Source: Polyangiales bacterium
GTDB taxonomy: Bacteria > Myxococcota_A > Polyangia > Polyangiales > JADJQN01
Direction: 5' to 3'
Assembly: GCA_964202905.1 (NCBI GenBank)
Contig: CAXNJO010000003.1
Coordinates: 1 to 64,000 of the forward strand
Length of the DNA stretch: 64,000 nt
The first letter of the stretch is position 1; each line of letters starts with the position of its first letter. The position numbers and the translations under genes are program-made. The notes under the pieces are model-generated. The model made no database searches. It was given only the letters and a program-made list of their open reading frames with translations, and was not told the origin of the DNA. Positions 1 through 10,240 of this stretch are shown in pieces.

Positions 1-183
1 TCATCCCCAGTTCCTGCTCGTGAAGACGAGCCCGAGACCGAGCGTAAGCGTCGCGAGCGCGGCGTGAGCGGGGCATCCGTCGAGAGCGTGACGCCGAAGA
101 CGAGGCGCTCGTTCTCGGCGTCCGAGAAGCTGCGCATCGTGAAGGCCGCGAACGCTGCCGTCGCGAGCGGCAGGCGCGGGGCG
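1..183 (+). mobile_element. Fragment of an IS3-family-like transposase orfA (HTH), truncated
   Basis: Frame 1 reads ...ESVTPKTRRSFSASEKLRIVKAANAAVASGRRGA, like an orfA N-terminus, then loses similarity at ~183. Confidence 0.55.
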
Positions 184-259
184 TCGAAATCGAACACAGC
201 GCGCATCACCGTGCCGCCGTGTCCGTCGGGCTCGAAGACGTGGTCATGGTCGAAGCGCC
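178..259 (-). pseudogene. Short fragment of a probable SRPBCC-family gene flanking the IS66 end
   Basis: Minus strand reads RFDHDHVFEPDGHGGTVMRAVFDFDAP, resembling the SRPBCC 'HDHxF...GTxMxDxxxF' segment. Confidence 0.4.
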
Positions 260-815
260 GTGACCGATCAGCCACGCCGGGATGACACCCGGCGGGCTCG
301 ATGCGCTGCGTTCGGTGCGGCCGACAGCCGCGCGCGGTTTTGAAGGCGGCGGGCGTCATGGCTTCGAGCGGCAGTCCAAAGTGTTCGCGGTGCGTGCCGA
401 GGCGCTCGAAGGCCCAGGTGAGATAGCTCTGCACGGGGACGCCGATGGCGCGGCACGTCGCGACGATGCCGAGCAGCACACAGGCGCGGTGTGCGCCCTC
501 GCTGCTGCCGGCGAAGAGCATGTTGAGGCGGAGCTTCGCGACGCTCTGGAATTCGCGCTCCGTCGGTGAGTTGTCGATCGGCACCGCGCCATCACCGATG
601 AAGCGCGTGAGTGCGTGCCAGTGCTTGCGGTAATAGCCGACTGCCACGCTCAGCGGTTCTGACGGCAGCAGCGTGGGCTCGACGGCGGCGAGCCAGCGCT
701 GAAAATCGGCGGCGGTCGGCGCGATGTGCGCCTGGCGATGCGCACGCAGCGCGTCGCCGACGAGGCCCCGTGTGCGCGCCTCTTCTTCGGCGACGTATAT
801 CGCTGCGAAGAAGGC
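260..815 (-). mobile_element. IS66-family remnant: tnpC 3' part and right end
   Basis: Minus frame not in the ORF track reads AIYVAEEEAR...YYRKHWHALTRFIGDGAVPIDNSPTEREFQSVAKLRLNMLFAGSSEGAHRACVLLGIVATCRAIGVPVQSYLTWAF (IDNxxxER and LFAGS motifs); IS66-like terminus GTGACCGATCAGCC at 260. Confidence 0.85.
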
Positions 816-1155
816 GCCGCCGCTTTGAGGATTTCGCGTTCCATTCGGAGCTGCTTGTTCTCTCGCCGCAGCCGCGCCAACTCGGCCCGCTCTTCGGTCA
901 TCAGCACCGTAGGGCTTCTGACGCCTGCGTCTGCCTCAGCTCGCCGCACCCACTCGCGCAGCGTCGTCTCCGTGAGGTCGAGGTCCTTCGCCACCTGCGT
1001 CGCGGACTTCCCGCTCACGACCAGCCGCACCGCGTCTGCTCGAAACTCCGGCGTGAACGATCGCTTTGCTCGCCGGCCTGTCTTCAGCTTCTTCATGGAC
1101 ACGCCTCGGGCATCTTCGCGCTACCCGGGGTGTCCGCAAACCGGGGGGAAGCTCA
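805..1155 (-). mobile_element. IS3-family remnant: left IR plus orfA, orfB missing
   Basis: Terminus 5'-TGAGCTTCCCCCCGGTTTGCGGACAC starting at 1155; orfA RSFTPEFRADAVRLV...VAKDLDL...LARLRRENKQLRMEREILK. Confidence 0.9.
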
Positions 1156-1177
1156 TGCTCGTCCGCTGGGAGGCCAT

Positions 1178-1948
1178 TCAGTAGTCGCGTCCTTGCGAAA
1201 CGAGGGCCCACTCGGGAGGACGCTCAGCATCGGCGCCCGTCCACACCGCCACGGACTGCACCCGCTGCGCGATTGGATTCCACTCGAAGAGCACGGCGCG
1301 AGCGACCCCCGGATCCGTCGAGTGAGAAGGCTCGGTGAACCGCGCGACGAGACGGCCGTCGCTCCGCTCGTTCAACAGGACCTGCGCCGGGCACTCGACC
1401 CACAACTCCGGCGATGACGCCAGCACCTCGTCGTGCTCGGCCCATGCGCCGCGCAACCGCATCTGCCCGTAACCATCGGAGTTCGACCGGGCGCGGACGG
1501 ACAGTCGAACGACCTCGCCTCCGGTCGGTCGCCACTCATATACGCGCGACTGGCTCCCATGCTCGAACAACAGAAACGCTGTACGCATGGTACGTGGAGA
1601 CATCGTCGGACTGCTTCGCGTCGGCGCAGGTACGGATGGCGTAGGCCTCAGCGGCTTCGGCGAGCGACTCCCCGCGGGTTCCACCGGGAGCGCCGGGGCC
1701 TCAGCGCTCGCGACGAAATCGATGCAAGGCCCGAACGTCCCGTCCGGAAGGCATTGCTGTGCCCCCGCGGTTCCCTTGCTCGTCATGCATGCAACCTGCG
1801 CGCCGGGAGTGCACCGCGAGCCGCTGCTGCATCCACTCGCGAAGGTCGCGCACCAGAACGCGGCCACCGCCAAACGCATCCATGGCTGCATCATGTCCAT
1901 TAACCGGGCGGAGGACCTTGGCGCGATTCGTTCCCAACGGCACGACAC
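1178..1948 (-). CDS. Hypothetical lipoprotein with N-terminal Cys motif; true start probably ~1893
   Basis: MRLAVAAFWCATFASGC lipobox-like signal, CTPGAQVAC...QCLPDGTFGPC motif, Pro-rich linker. Confidence 0.6.
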   Translation of the reverse strand: MSCRWERIAPRSSARLMDMMQPWMRLAVAAFWCATFASGCSSGSRCTPGAQVACMTSKGTAGAQQCLPDGTFGPCIDFVASAEAPALPVEPAGSRSPKPLRPTPSVPAPTRSSPTMSPRTMRTAFLLFEHGSQSRVYEWRPTGGEVVRLSVRARSNSDGYGQMRLRGAWAEHDEVLASSPELWVECPAQVLLNERSDGRLVARFTEPSHSTDPGVARAVLFEWNPIAQRVQSVAVWTGADAERPPEWALVSQGRDY

Positions 1949-2017
1949 CGCCAGCTCGCGGAGGGACCATGATCAGCCATCAGCGCCGCCCATGTCGACG
2001 CCCCCGCAAGCGCACTC

Positions 2018-2509
2018 CTATTGACGTGCGAAGTCGACGTTTTGCGGCTCCTCTCGGAGCGTCCAGCGGGACCCGTTCCACTCCCCGCGCAAAGCGACGC
2101 GACCTGCGTACTCAGCACCTCCGTTGATGTCGAAGCTCCTGACGTGAACCGTCGCAGACATCGTCATGTTGAAGTAGGTCACGCGGATATCCGACAGCTC
2201 GCGCCGCTCGCGTGGGTCGAATCGCCAAGAGCCTCCGACGAGCGATCGACCGCTCAAGAGGCGCTCGATATCGGCCATGGTGAGCGCCGCGACCTGCTGG
2301 CAAACGCAAGGGCTCCACTGCCCCTCGCTGCACGCCTGCGTTCCGTTCGTCCCGGTCGCAGGTCCCGAGCACGGACAGACGCGACTCGAGCCCGCGACAC
2401 ACTCCCCCGCAGGCGCCGTCACACTGGCAACGCGATCGCAACCGAACGCCCCGAGCGCCAGCGGAGCCACGCATAGACCGACAATCACCTTCCAGCGATA
2501 CGCGTACAT
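2018..2509 (-). CDS. Hypothetical lipoprotein with Cys motif
   Basis: Signal ending LALGAFGC; CVAGSSRVCPC...GTQACSEGQWSPCVC. Confidence 0.65.
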   Translation of the reverse strand: MYAYRWKVIVGLCVAPLALGAFGCDRVASVTAPAGECVAGSSRVCPCSGPATGTNGTQACSEGQWSPCVCQQVAALTMADIERLLSGRSLVGGSWRFDPRERRELSDIRVTYFNMTMSATVHVRSFDINGGAEYAGRVALRGEWNGSRWTLREEPQNVDFARQ

Positions 2510-3140
2510 CGACGGACTTTCTGCTCGAGTTTGAATCTCGTGAGATCGACGCCGGCTCGCGCACGCTCCACGTGTGGGGACGTTCTCACGGCAGGGCCTC
2601 GGCTTTCAAGCGCCGAATCTGCGACGGGCCCCTGACCTTTCGCCGTTCTCACGCGCGGTCTCGACGCGCTCTCCGAACGGCCTCGCCGGGATGTTCCATC
2701 GCTGCACCCGCGTGATCCCATGACGACGTTGGCTCTCGGAAGCACAACGAGGCAGGCACGCGGGGCGTCCCGCCCCCACGCCGCCCGCTCGTCGCCTCGT
2801 CGCTCCGCTGCGCTTGTCCAACATCGCCGATGGTCTCGGCCGCGACCCTACACGAAGCGCTCTGCTCCGCGCGCTGCAATTCGCCGCCGTCGCGCGCATC
2901 CCCGCGCAGCCCGCCCTCACCCCACCGCGCCATCCGGCGGCAACCCGACGGGATCGTCCTCGGCCACGGTTGGCCGCTCGACGACCCGCAGATCGAACGC
3001 CTACCGCTCTCGGTGCTGAGACGAATCGCCGATTCGCGCCATGGCAAGACGCGATCGGCAGTGAGGGGGCGCGTTTCGCCATCGCGCCACGTCGGCCGCG
3101 TGGGTGAGACGCGGCCGCATGCGCACCCCTCCGTCAGCGG

Positions 3141-6100
3141 TCAGAACGAGATCTTCATGGAGTTGCCGTTCAAGAGTTCCACGCGGACGATCGAGTGGTT
3201 CTCGTGGACGAGGATCGGGTCGTTCGTCATCGGGTCGAGCCAGAAGCCACCGAGGTTCTGGTAGCCCCCCTCGAGCACGCCGCCGAGGCAGGTGTTGCGC
3301 CACGGCGCCTCCGCGTTCGTGCTCCGGCAATAGGCCTCCGTGCGATCCCCCGTCGTGAGGTCGACGGCGGTCAAGCCACGGTAGCTCTCCAGGCCGCTTG
3401 CCCACATGACGTTGCGCGTCGCGTCCCACGCCAGCCAGCGCTGGCCAATCCCACCGAAGTTCTCCGGACCGTTGCCGAGCAGGCCCCACGAAGTGGCTGC
3501 GCTGCTCAGTCGAACGCGGTTCCCCGTGGCGGGGTCGATGCGGAAGAGCGCCTTGAAGACGTCGTTCAGAACGAAGAGCTGACCGTCTTTCTGCACGAGG
3601 CCGGCGTAGAATCCGCGATCGACGTCATAGCCATTGCCGATGGGGTTTCCCGCGTGGGTGTTGAGCGCGCCAGAACCCGACCGCGTCACGAAGCTGCAGT
3701 TCATGCCGCTTGCCGCGACGTGGACGAGGCCCACACCCTCCGAGAAAGTGCCGGCGCCGCGGAAGGCGAGATAGAAGCCGCCATCGGGCGCGATGCCGAA
3801 GACGCGGTCGTGGTAGGTGACGGCGAGCCGCCCGGGATCGCCGCTCGCGCACTGACCGAAGGTCGCGTCACCGCCCTTCCAGATGCGTGTGCGGTTCCCG
3901 GTCATCGGGTCGATGCGGACGATCTCGAGGCCCGCGGTGATGGCCGGCACGCTGAGCGCGAAGAGTTGACCATCCGCCCCGCGCGCGACGTCGAGCACGC
4001 GGTGCAGCGAGGGCCCGCTGCCGGTCTCGGTGAAGCCGAGCGACGGATCGTTGTAGCCACCCGACACGATGCGGCGGTTGCCGTTGTCGAGATTGACCGC
4101 CATCACGAAGCCCTGTTTCGGGCGCGTCGCGCTCGACCAATCCACGCCCGCGAAGAGCTCGCGCCCCACGACGACGCCGCCGTTGATATGCGACTGGGGC
4201 TGGCTGCGTACGTCCGGCCCCGTCCCGATGCCCGTCGCGGTCGCAACGTAATTGAGGCCCACGCAGCGATCGGTGATGCCTGAAATCGGGCTGCGGTTGA
4301 TGAAGCAGCGGCAGTCGGCCGCGAGCGTCGTCTGGAGGGTGATGTCCTGCACGAGCGGGCACGAGCGCGACCAGTAGGGGCTCGCGACGTTGGCGACCGA
4401 ACTGCGGCAGGCAGGGCTTCCCCCGATGCCGTTGCACGTCACCTGCCCCGGGCAGTCCTCCGCGAGCTCGTTCGGGATGCCGCAGCTATCCGCCCAATAG
4501 AGGTCGCCGAGGTAGCACTCCTGCGAGGCGCGCGGCGAGCAGCTCATCGATGAGCCCATCGTGCTCATCGGCGGCGTCACGCAGCTCGCCGTGGTGCCCG
4601 AGGCGACGCACGTCGCTCCGCCCGTGCAGTCGATGGCGAGGCCGAGGCGATTGCCACACGAGTCGAAGGAGTAGACGTCTCCCTCAGCACAACCGCGGCT
4701 CGCGTTCGGAGTGCACGAGCAGCGCGCCTCACCGCCCGCGACCGAGCACGTCTCGCCCGCGACGCAATCGCGCACGAGCTCGCTGCTGCCGCCGGTCGGA
4801 TCGCAGCGACGCACTGCGCCTCCCTCGCAGAATGTCGCAGCAGGCGTGCAGACCCGCGGCAGGCACGTCCCGTTGTCGCAGAACTGCGTCGACGTGCAGT
4901 CGGCCGCGCCCGTGCAAAGGGCCACGACCCGCGTGTTCGCGCACGTGGGTCCCGCGGGGCCGTCGACGCACTCCTCAGGCGCGGTGCAGTACGCCTGGAG
5001 CGTGCCGCGATTGCCGCACGAGTCGAAACGGAAGATATCCGTCGCATAACATCCGAGGGACGCGTTCGGCTGACAGATGCAGCGCGCCGTTCCGCCCGAC
5101 ACGGCGCACACCTGCCCGTCCGCACAATCGGACGTGACGGCCCAGGCGAGACCGCGCGTGTCGCAGCGCTCGACCGTGCTGCCCGCGCATCGCGTCGCCC
5201 CGGGCGTACAGACGCGCGGCACACACGCGCTCGCCGCGCAGACGTTGCCCGCGCCGCACTCGGCGTCCGTCGTGCACGTCGTGCGCATGAGGCAGTCAGC
5301 CCCGGTCGACGTGGCCGTGCAGACGGACGGCGCCATGCAAGCGCTCACGAGGGAGCCGCGGACGCCGCACGAGTTGAATCGGTAGATGTCCGTTCCAGAA
5401 CAACCTTCGTAGGCATCCGCGAGGCACTGGCAGCTCGCGGCGCCGGACGCGAGGACGCACTCTCGGCCTCCACTGCAACTCGTGGTCACCGTCCAGCTCG
5501 CGCCGCGCGTGTCGCAGCGCTCGACCGTGCTGCCCGCGCATCGCGTCGCCCCGGGCGTACAGACGCGCGGCACACACGCGCTCGCCGCGCAGAGGTTGCC
5601 CGCGCCGCACTCGGCGTCCGTCGTGCACGTCGTGCGCATGAGGCAGTCAGCCCCGGTCGACGTGGCCGTGCAGACGGACGGCGCCATGCAAGCGCTCACG
5701 AGAGAGCCGCGGACGCCACACGAGTTGAATCGGTAGATGTCCGTTCCAGAACAACCTTCGTATGCATCCGCGCGGCATTGGCAGCTCGCGGCGCCGGACG
5801 CGAGGACGCACTCACGGCCTCCACTGCAACTCGTGGTCACCGTCCAGCTCGCGCCGCGCGCGTCGCAGCGCTCGACCGTGCTGCCCGCGCATCGCGTCGC
5901 CCCGGGCGTACAGACGCGCGGCACACACGCGCTCGCCGCGCAGAGGTTGCCCGCGCCGCACTCGGCGTCCGTCGTGCACGTCGTGCGCATGAGGCAGTCA
6001 GCCCCGGTCGACGTGGCCGTGCAGACGGACGGCGCCATGCAAGCGCTCACGAGAGAGCCGCGGACGCCACACGAGTTGAATCGGTAGATGTCCGTTCCAG

Positions 6101-8674
6101 AACAACCTTCGTATGCATCCGCGCGGCACTGGCAGCTCGCGGCGCCGGACGCGAGGACGCACTCACGGCCTCCGCTGCAACTCGTGGTCACCGTCCAGCT
6201 TGCGCCGCGTGCGTCGCAGCGCTCGGCACGCGCGCCGTTGCAGCGCTGCGCGTCCGGGGTACAGACGCGCGGCACACACGCGCTCGCCCAGCAGATGTTG
6301 CCCGCGCCGCACTCGGCGTCCGTCGTGCACGTCGTGCGCATGAGGCAGTCAGCCCCGGTCGACGTGGCCGTGCAGACGGACGGCGCCATGCAAGCGCTCA
6401 CGAGGGAGCCGCGGACGCCGCACGAGTTGAATCGGTAGATGTCCGTTCCAGAACAACCTTCGTATGCATCCGCGAGGCACTGGCAGCTCGCGGCGCCGGA
6501 CGCGAGGACGCACTCACGGCCTCCGCTGCAACTCGTGGTCACCGTCCAGCTTGCGCCGCGTGCGTCGCAGCGCTCGGCACGCGCGCCGTTGCAGCGCTGC
6601 GCGTCCGGGGTACAGACGCGCGGCACACACGCGCTCGCCCAGCAGATGTTGCCCGCGCCGCACTCGGCGTCCGTCGTGCACGTCGTGCGCATGAGGCAGT
6701 CAGCCCCGGTCGACGTGGCCGTGCAGACGGACGGCGCCATGCAAGCGCTCACGAGGGAGCCGCGGACGCCACACGAGTTGAATCGGTAGATGTCCGTTCC
6801 AGAACAGCCTTCGTAGGCATCCGCGAGGCACTGGCAGCTCGCGGCGCCGGACGCGAGGACGCACTCACGGCCTCCACTGCAACTCGTGGTCACCGTCCAG
6901 CTCGCGCCGCGCGTGTCGCAGCGCTCGGCGCGCGCGCCGTTGCAGCGCTGCGCGTCCGGGGTACAGATGCGCGGCGTGCAGGCGCCCGCGTCGTTGCAGA
7001 AATTCCCCGCGAGGCAGTGGCTGTCCTGGGTGCAAATGGGCCGGAGATCGCAGGATGGCGTCCCGCCCCGATCGATGCAGGCCTGTGGCTCGTCGCACGC
7101 CATGGCGAGCGTCCCGCGGACGCCGCACGAGTCGTAATTCCAGATATCCGTCGCAGAGCACCCCTGAGAGGCGTTTGCGGTGCAGACACAGCTCGCCGCG
7201 CTGCCAGCGACCTGGCACACGCGACCGCCGGTGCAGTCATCGCGTCGCTCCCAGCCCGAGCCTCGCGCATCGCATCGCTGGGCCTGGCTTCCCTCGCAGC
7301 GCTGCGCGCCCGGCGTGCACACGCGGTCGTTGCAGAGGCCGCCGGAGCAGAAGCGCATCGCTCCGCAATCGGCGTCCGCCGCACACGTCGTTCGCGGTTG
7401 GCAACTGGGTCCTGCCGGCGTCTCGACGCACTCGTTGCCGCCCGTGCAGTCCACTGCGCGCGTGCCGAGCACGCCGCACGAGTTGTAGTTCCAGATGTCG
7501 CCCGCGTTACACCCCCGGCGAGCGTTGGCGACGCACTCACAGCGCGCGCCCGGGTCGGTGACGAGTCGCGACGCAGCGCCTGCCGGTCCCGGTTGCGGCG
7601 CAGTCCTCCACGACGTTGAATCCGCTTCCATCCGGGGCGCAGACACGGACGACGTTGCCGTCGCAGAACCGTCGCGAATTGGGGTTGCTGATCGGCGGCG
7701 GCACGCACACGTCCGGTACGCATACGCCGCCTACGCAATGGTCGTAGCTCGCGCATCCCGATCCCGAAGGGCAGAGCAAGGTGCGCGAACAGCGCACTCC
7801 TTCCGCATCGGCGAGGCAGTTCTCCTGGCGCGCAAGGGCGCAGGCCTGGACACGCCGCAAGCGGTTGCCACAGGTGTCGTACTCGTAGACATCGTTGTCG
7901 ATGGTCGAGCAACCGAGCGTCCCGAGTTGCAGGCATCGACATTCCGTGAACGGCGACGACTCCAGCGCCGTGCACACCCGCCCTCCCGTGCATGCCGAAA
8001 TCTCGTATCGGCTGCCGCGCGAATCACACACCGTTTGCGCGTTCCCTTCGCAGAAACGCTGACCTTCGGGGCCCGACGGGTCACAGACGTCCGGCAAACA
8101 GATCGCGCCGAGACCGCAAAAGAGGCTCGGGTCGCCACAATCGACGTCCGACATGCACGAGAGGGAGCCTGCGTCCGGCATGCTGCCCCCGTCACTGACG
8201 ACACCTGCGTCACTGACCACCCCCGCGTCACTGACCACGCCCGCGTCACTGACCACGCCCGCGTCACTGACCACGCCCGCGTCACTGACCACGCCCGCGT
8301 CACTGACCACGCCCGCGTCACTGACCACGCCCGCGTCGCTGACCACGCCCGCGTCGCTCGACCACGCCCGCGTCGCCGGTCGATCCACCACCGTCGCGCT
8401 CCGTCGCGCCGTCGGGCGAGGAAGTTCCGCCGTCGATCTCCGGGAGCGCGCATTCCGCCGCGCCAACGTCGTTGATCCCGCACACCTGGTCGTCGCCGCA
8501 CGTCGCGACGGTGCCCCAGAAGCCATCCGACCGGCACCGCTCAATGCCGGTTCCGTCCGGGAGACAGCGTGTCGCACCGAGCGTATCGCAGGTGCCCCCC
8601 GGATCCGAACCACACGCCGCGACGAGCCCGAAGGCGAGCACGAACACCGCCAGCCACTGGATTCGAATCGTCAT
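3141..8674 (-). CDS. Giant Cys-rich repeat lipoprotein (~1,843 aa if two +1 frameshifts at ~8359 and ~7566 are corrected) with probable C-terminal beta-propeller
   Basis: SD GGAGG, then MTIRIQWLAVFVLAFGLVAAC lipobox; three ORFs (8318-8674, 7537-8613, 3141-7646) join into one continuous Cys-module series; C-terminus has repeated V(D/N)LxxGxR blades. Confidence 0.8.
5150..6970. repeat. Five near-identical 351-bp (117-codon) tandem repeats
   Basis: gagttgaatcggtagatgtcc recurs at 5371, 5722, 6073, 6424 and 6775. Confidence 0.97.
8191..8371. repeat. Ten 18-bp tandem repeats encoding (SDAGVV)n; the 8353-8371 unit is 19 bp
   Basis: gtcactgaccacgcccgc repeated; variant gtcgctcgaccacgcccgc. Confidence 0.97.
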
Positions 8675-8899
8675 GTTGCCTCCTGCACGTGGGCGCCCTT
8701 GGCCGTCTGGTTCGAGAAGTTCGCGCGTTCGCCGTCAACGAAGAACGCCTCTTAATCGACGGTTGAATGCCGGCTACGGCGGGCCGTCGTCATAGAGGAA
8801 ACGCGAGTGGCCCGCAACCGCACGCGACACTGACCGCCGACCCCCGTGATCTTTCGGCGGTCCGCGCCGACGCCGCGAGGCGTGATGGGCGATCAGGAG

Positions 8900-9172
8900 C
8901 GGCGCCGATTGCCTCTTTTGCACACCGAGTCCCTCCCGGAGGTGCGCGACGGCCTCGAGCGCAGCGTCGCGGCGATGGCGGCGCACGTGCGCGCGCACCC
9001 CGCGCTGCTCGGCGATCGCACCCCCGACCTCGTCGCGCGCCTCATGCTCCACACCCTGCGCAGCGCGCTCTTCCAGGTCGTGCAGCAAACCCCCGAGAAG
9101 CTCGACGACCCAGCCCTCCCCGCGCTGCTTGACGGCGCCCTGCGCGGCTTCCTCGCACCCGACGCCGGCTGA
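8900..9172 (+). pseudogene. C-terminal part of a TetR/AcrR-like regulator lacking the HTH
   Basis: Helical segment VRAHPALLGDRTPDLVARLMLHTLRSALFQVVQQTPEKLDDPALPALLDGALRGFL; host-like codon use begins abruptly at ~8920. Confidence 0.5.
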
Positions 9173-9249
9173 CGCGATGCGTCACGCGCGGGGGGGGTGC
9201 GCGCTTTGGTTGCACCCCACCTTGGGACGCTTTGATAGAATCGCGGCGC

Positions 9250-10221
9250 ATGCACGCCTGGCGCGGTCACGGCTACGGCCCCCCGGAATCGCTCGTCTTC
9301 GAAGAGGTCGCGGACGCGCCGCTGCCGGAGGGCGCGATGCGCCTCGCGATTCGCGCGTCGGCGGTGAACTTCCCCGATGTGCTGTTTGTCGCGGGCACCT
9401 ATCAGGTGAAGCCGACACCCCCCTTCATCCCTGGCTTCGAGGTCGCGGGCGAGGTGGTCGAGAGCCGCGCGGAGGGCTTCCCCGTCGGCACGCGCGTGGC
9501 CTCGACGCTCGATGGACAGGGAGGTTACGCGACCCACGCGATCGCCTATCCGTACAACACGTTTCGCGTCCCTGAAGCGATGTCCGACGTGGACGCGGCG
9601 GCGCTCACCATCACCTATCAGACGGCGTGGTTCGCGCTCCATCGGCGCGCGCGCCTGCAAGCCGGGCAGACGGTGCTCGTGCACGCGGGCGCGGGCGGCG
9701 TCGGCAGCGCAGCCATCCAGGTCGCGCGCGCCGCGGGAGCGCGAGTGATCGCGACGGCGGGCGGGGCCGAGAAGGTGGCGACGTGTCTCGCGCTCGGCGC
9801 AGGCGTCGCCGTCGACTACCGCAGCGAGGATTTCGTCGCGGTGGTCAAGCGCGAGACGGGCGGGCGCGGCGCGGACGTCGTCTTCGATCCGGTCGGCGGC
9901 GATGTGTTCGACAAATCCACGAAGTGCATCGCCTTCGAGGGGAACATCGTCGTCATCGGCTTCACCTCGGGGCGCGTCCCCGAGGCCCGCGCGAACCACG
10001 TGCTCGTGAAGAACTACGGCGTGCTCGGCCTGCACTGGGGCGCGTACAACCTGCATGATCCGCAGGCGATTCACGCCGCGCAGGCCGAGCTGTATCGCCT
10101 CTACGAGACGGGCGCCGTGAAGCCGCTCGTCTCCGCCGTGCGCCCGCTCGCAGGGGCACGCGAGGCGATGCAATCCGTCGCGTCGCGCGCGACCACCGGC
10201 AAGGTCATCCTGCGTCCCTGA
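9250..10221 (+). CDS. NADPH:quinone oxidoreductase (MDR/zeta-crystallin family)
   Basis: VNFPD...G.YQ, PGFEVAG, VLVHAGAGGVGSAAIQ, GKVIL. Confidence 0.93.
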   Translation: MHAWRGHGYGPPESLVFEEVADAPLPEGAMRLAIRASAVNFPDVLFVAGTYQVKPTPPFIPGFEVAGEVVESRAEGFPVGTRVASTLDGQGGYATHAIAYPYNTFRVPEAMSDVDAAALTITYQTAWFALHRRARLQAGQTVLVHAGAGGVGSAAIQVARAAGARVIATAGGAEKVATCLALGAGVAVDYRSEDFVAVVKRETGGRGADVVFDPVGGDVFDKSTKCIAFEGNIVVIGFTSGRVPEARANHVLVKNYGVLGLHWGAYNLHDPQAIHAAQAELYRLYETGAVKPLVSAVRPLAGAREAMQSVASRATTGKVILRP

Positions 10222-10240
10222 GCCTGCCCCGCGAGCCCCG

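Noticed and set aside
2510..3140. Gene in the gap between island lipoproteins
   Set aside because: Short coding-like patches in different plus frames but no recognisable family; possible debris
5150..6970. Diversity-generating retroelement TR/VR pair
   Set aside because: Repeats are in-frame tandem coding units, differences are not adenine-specific, and no reverse transcriptase is present
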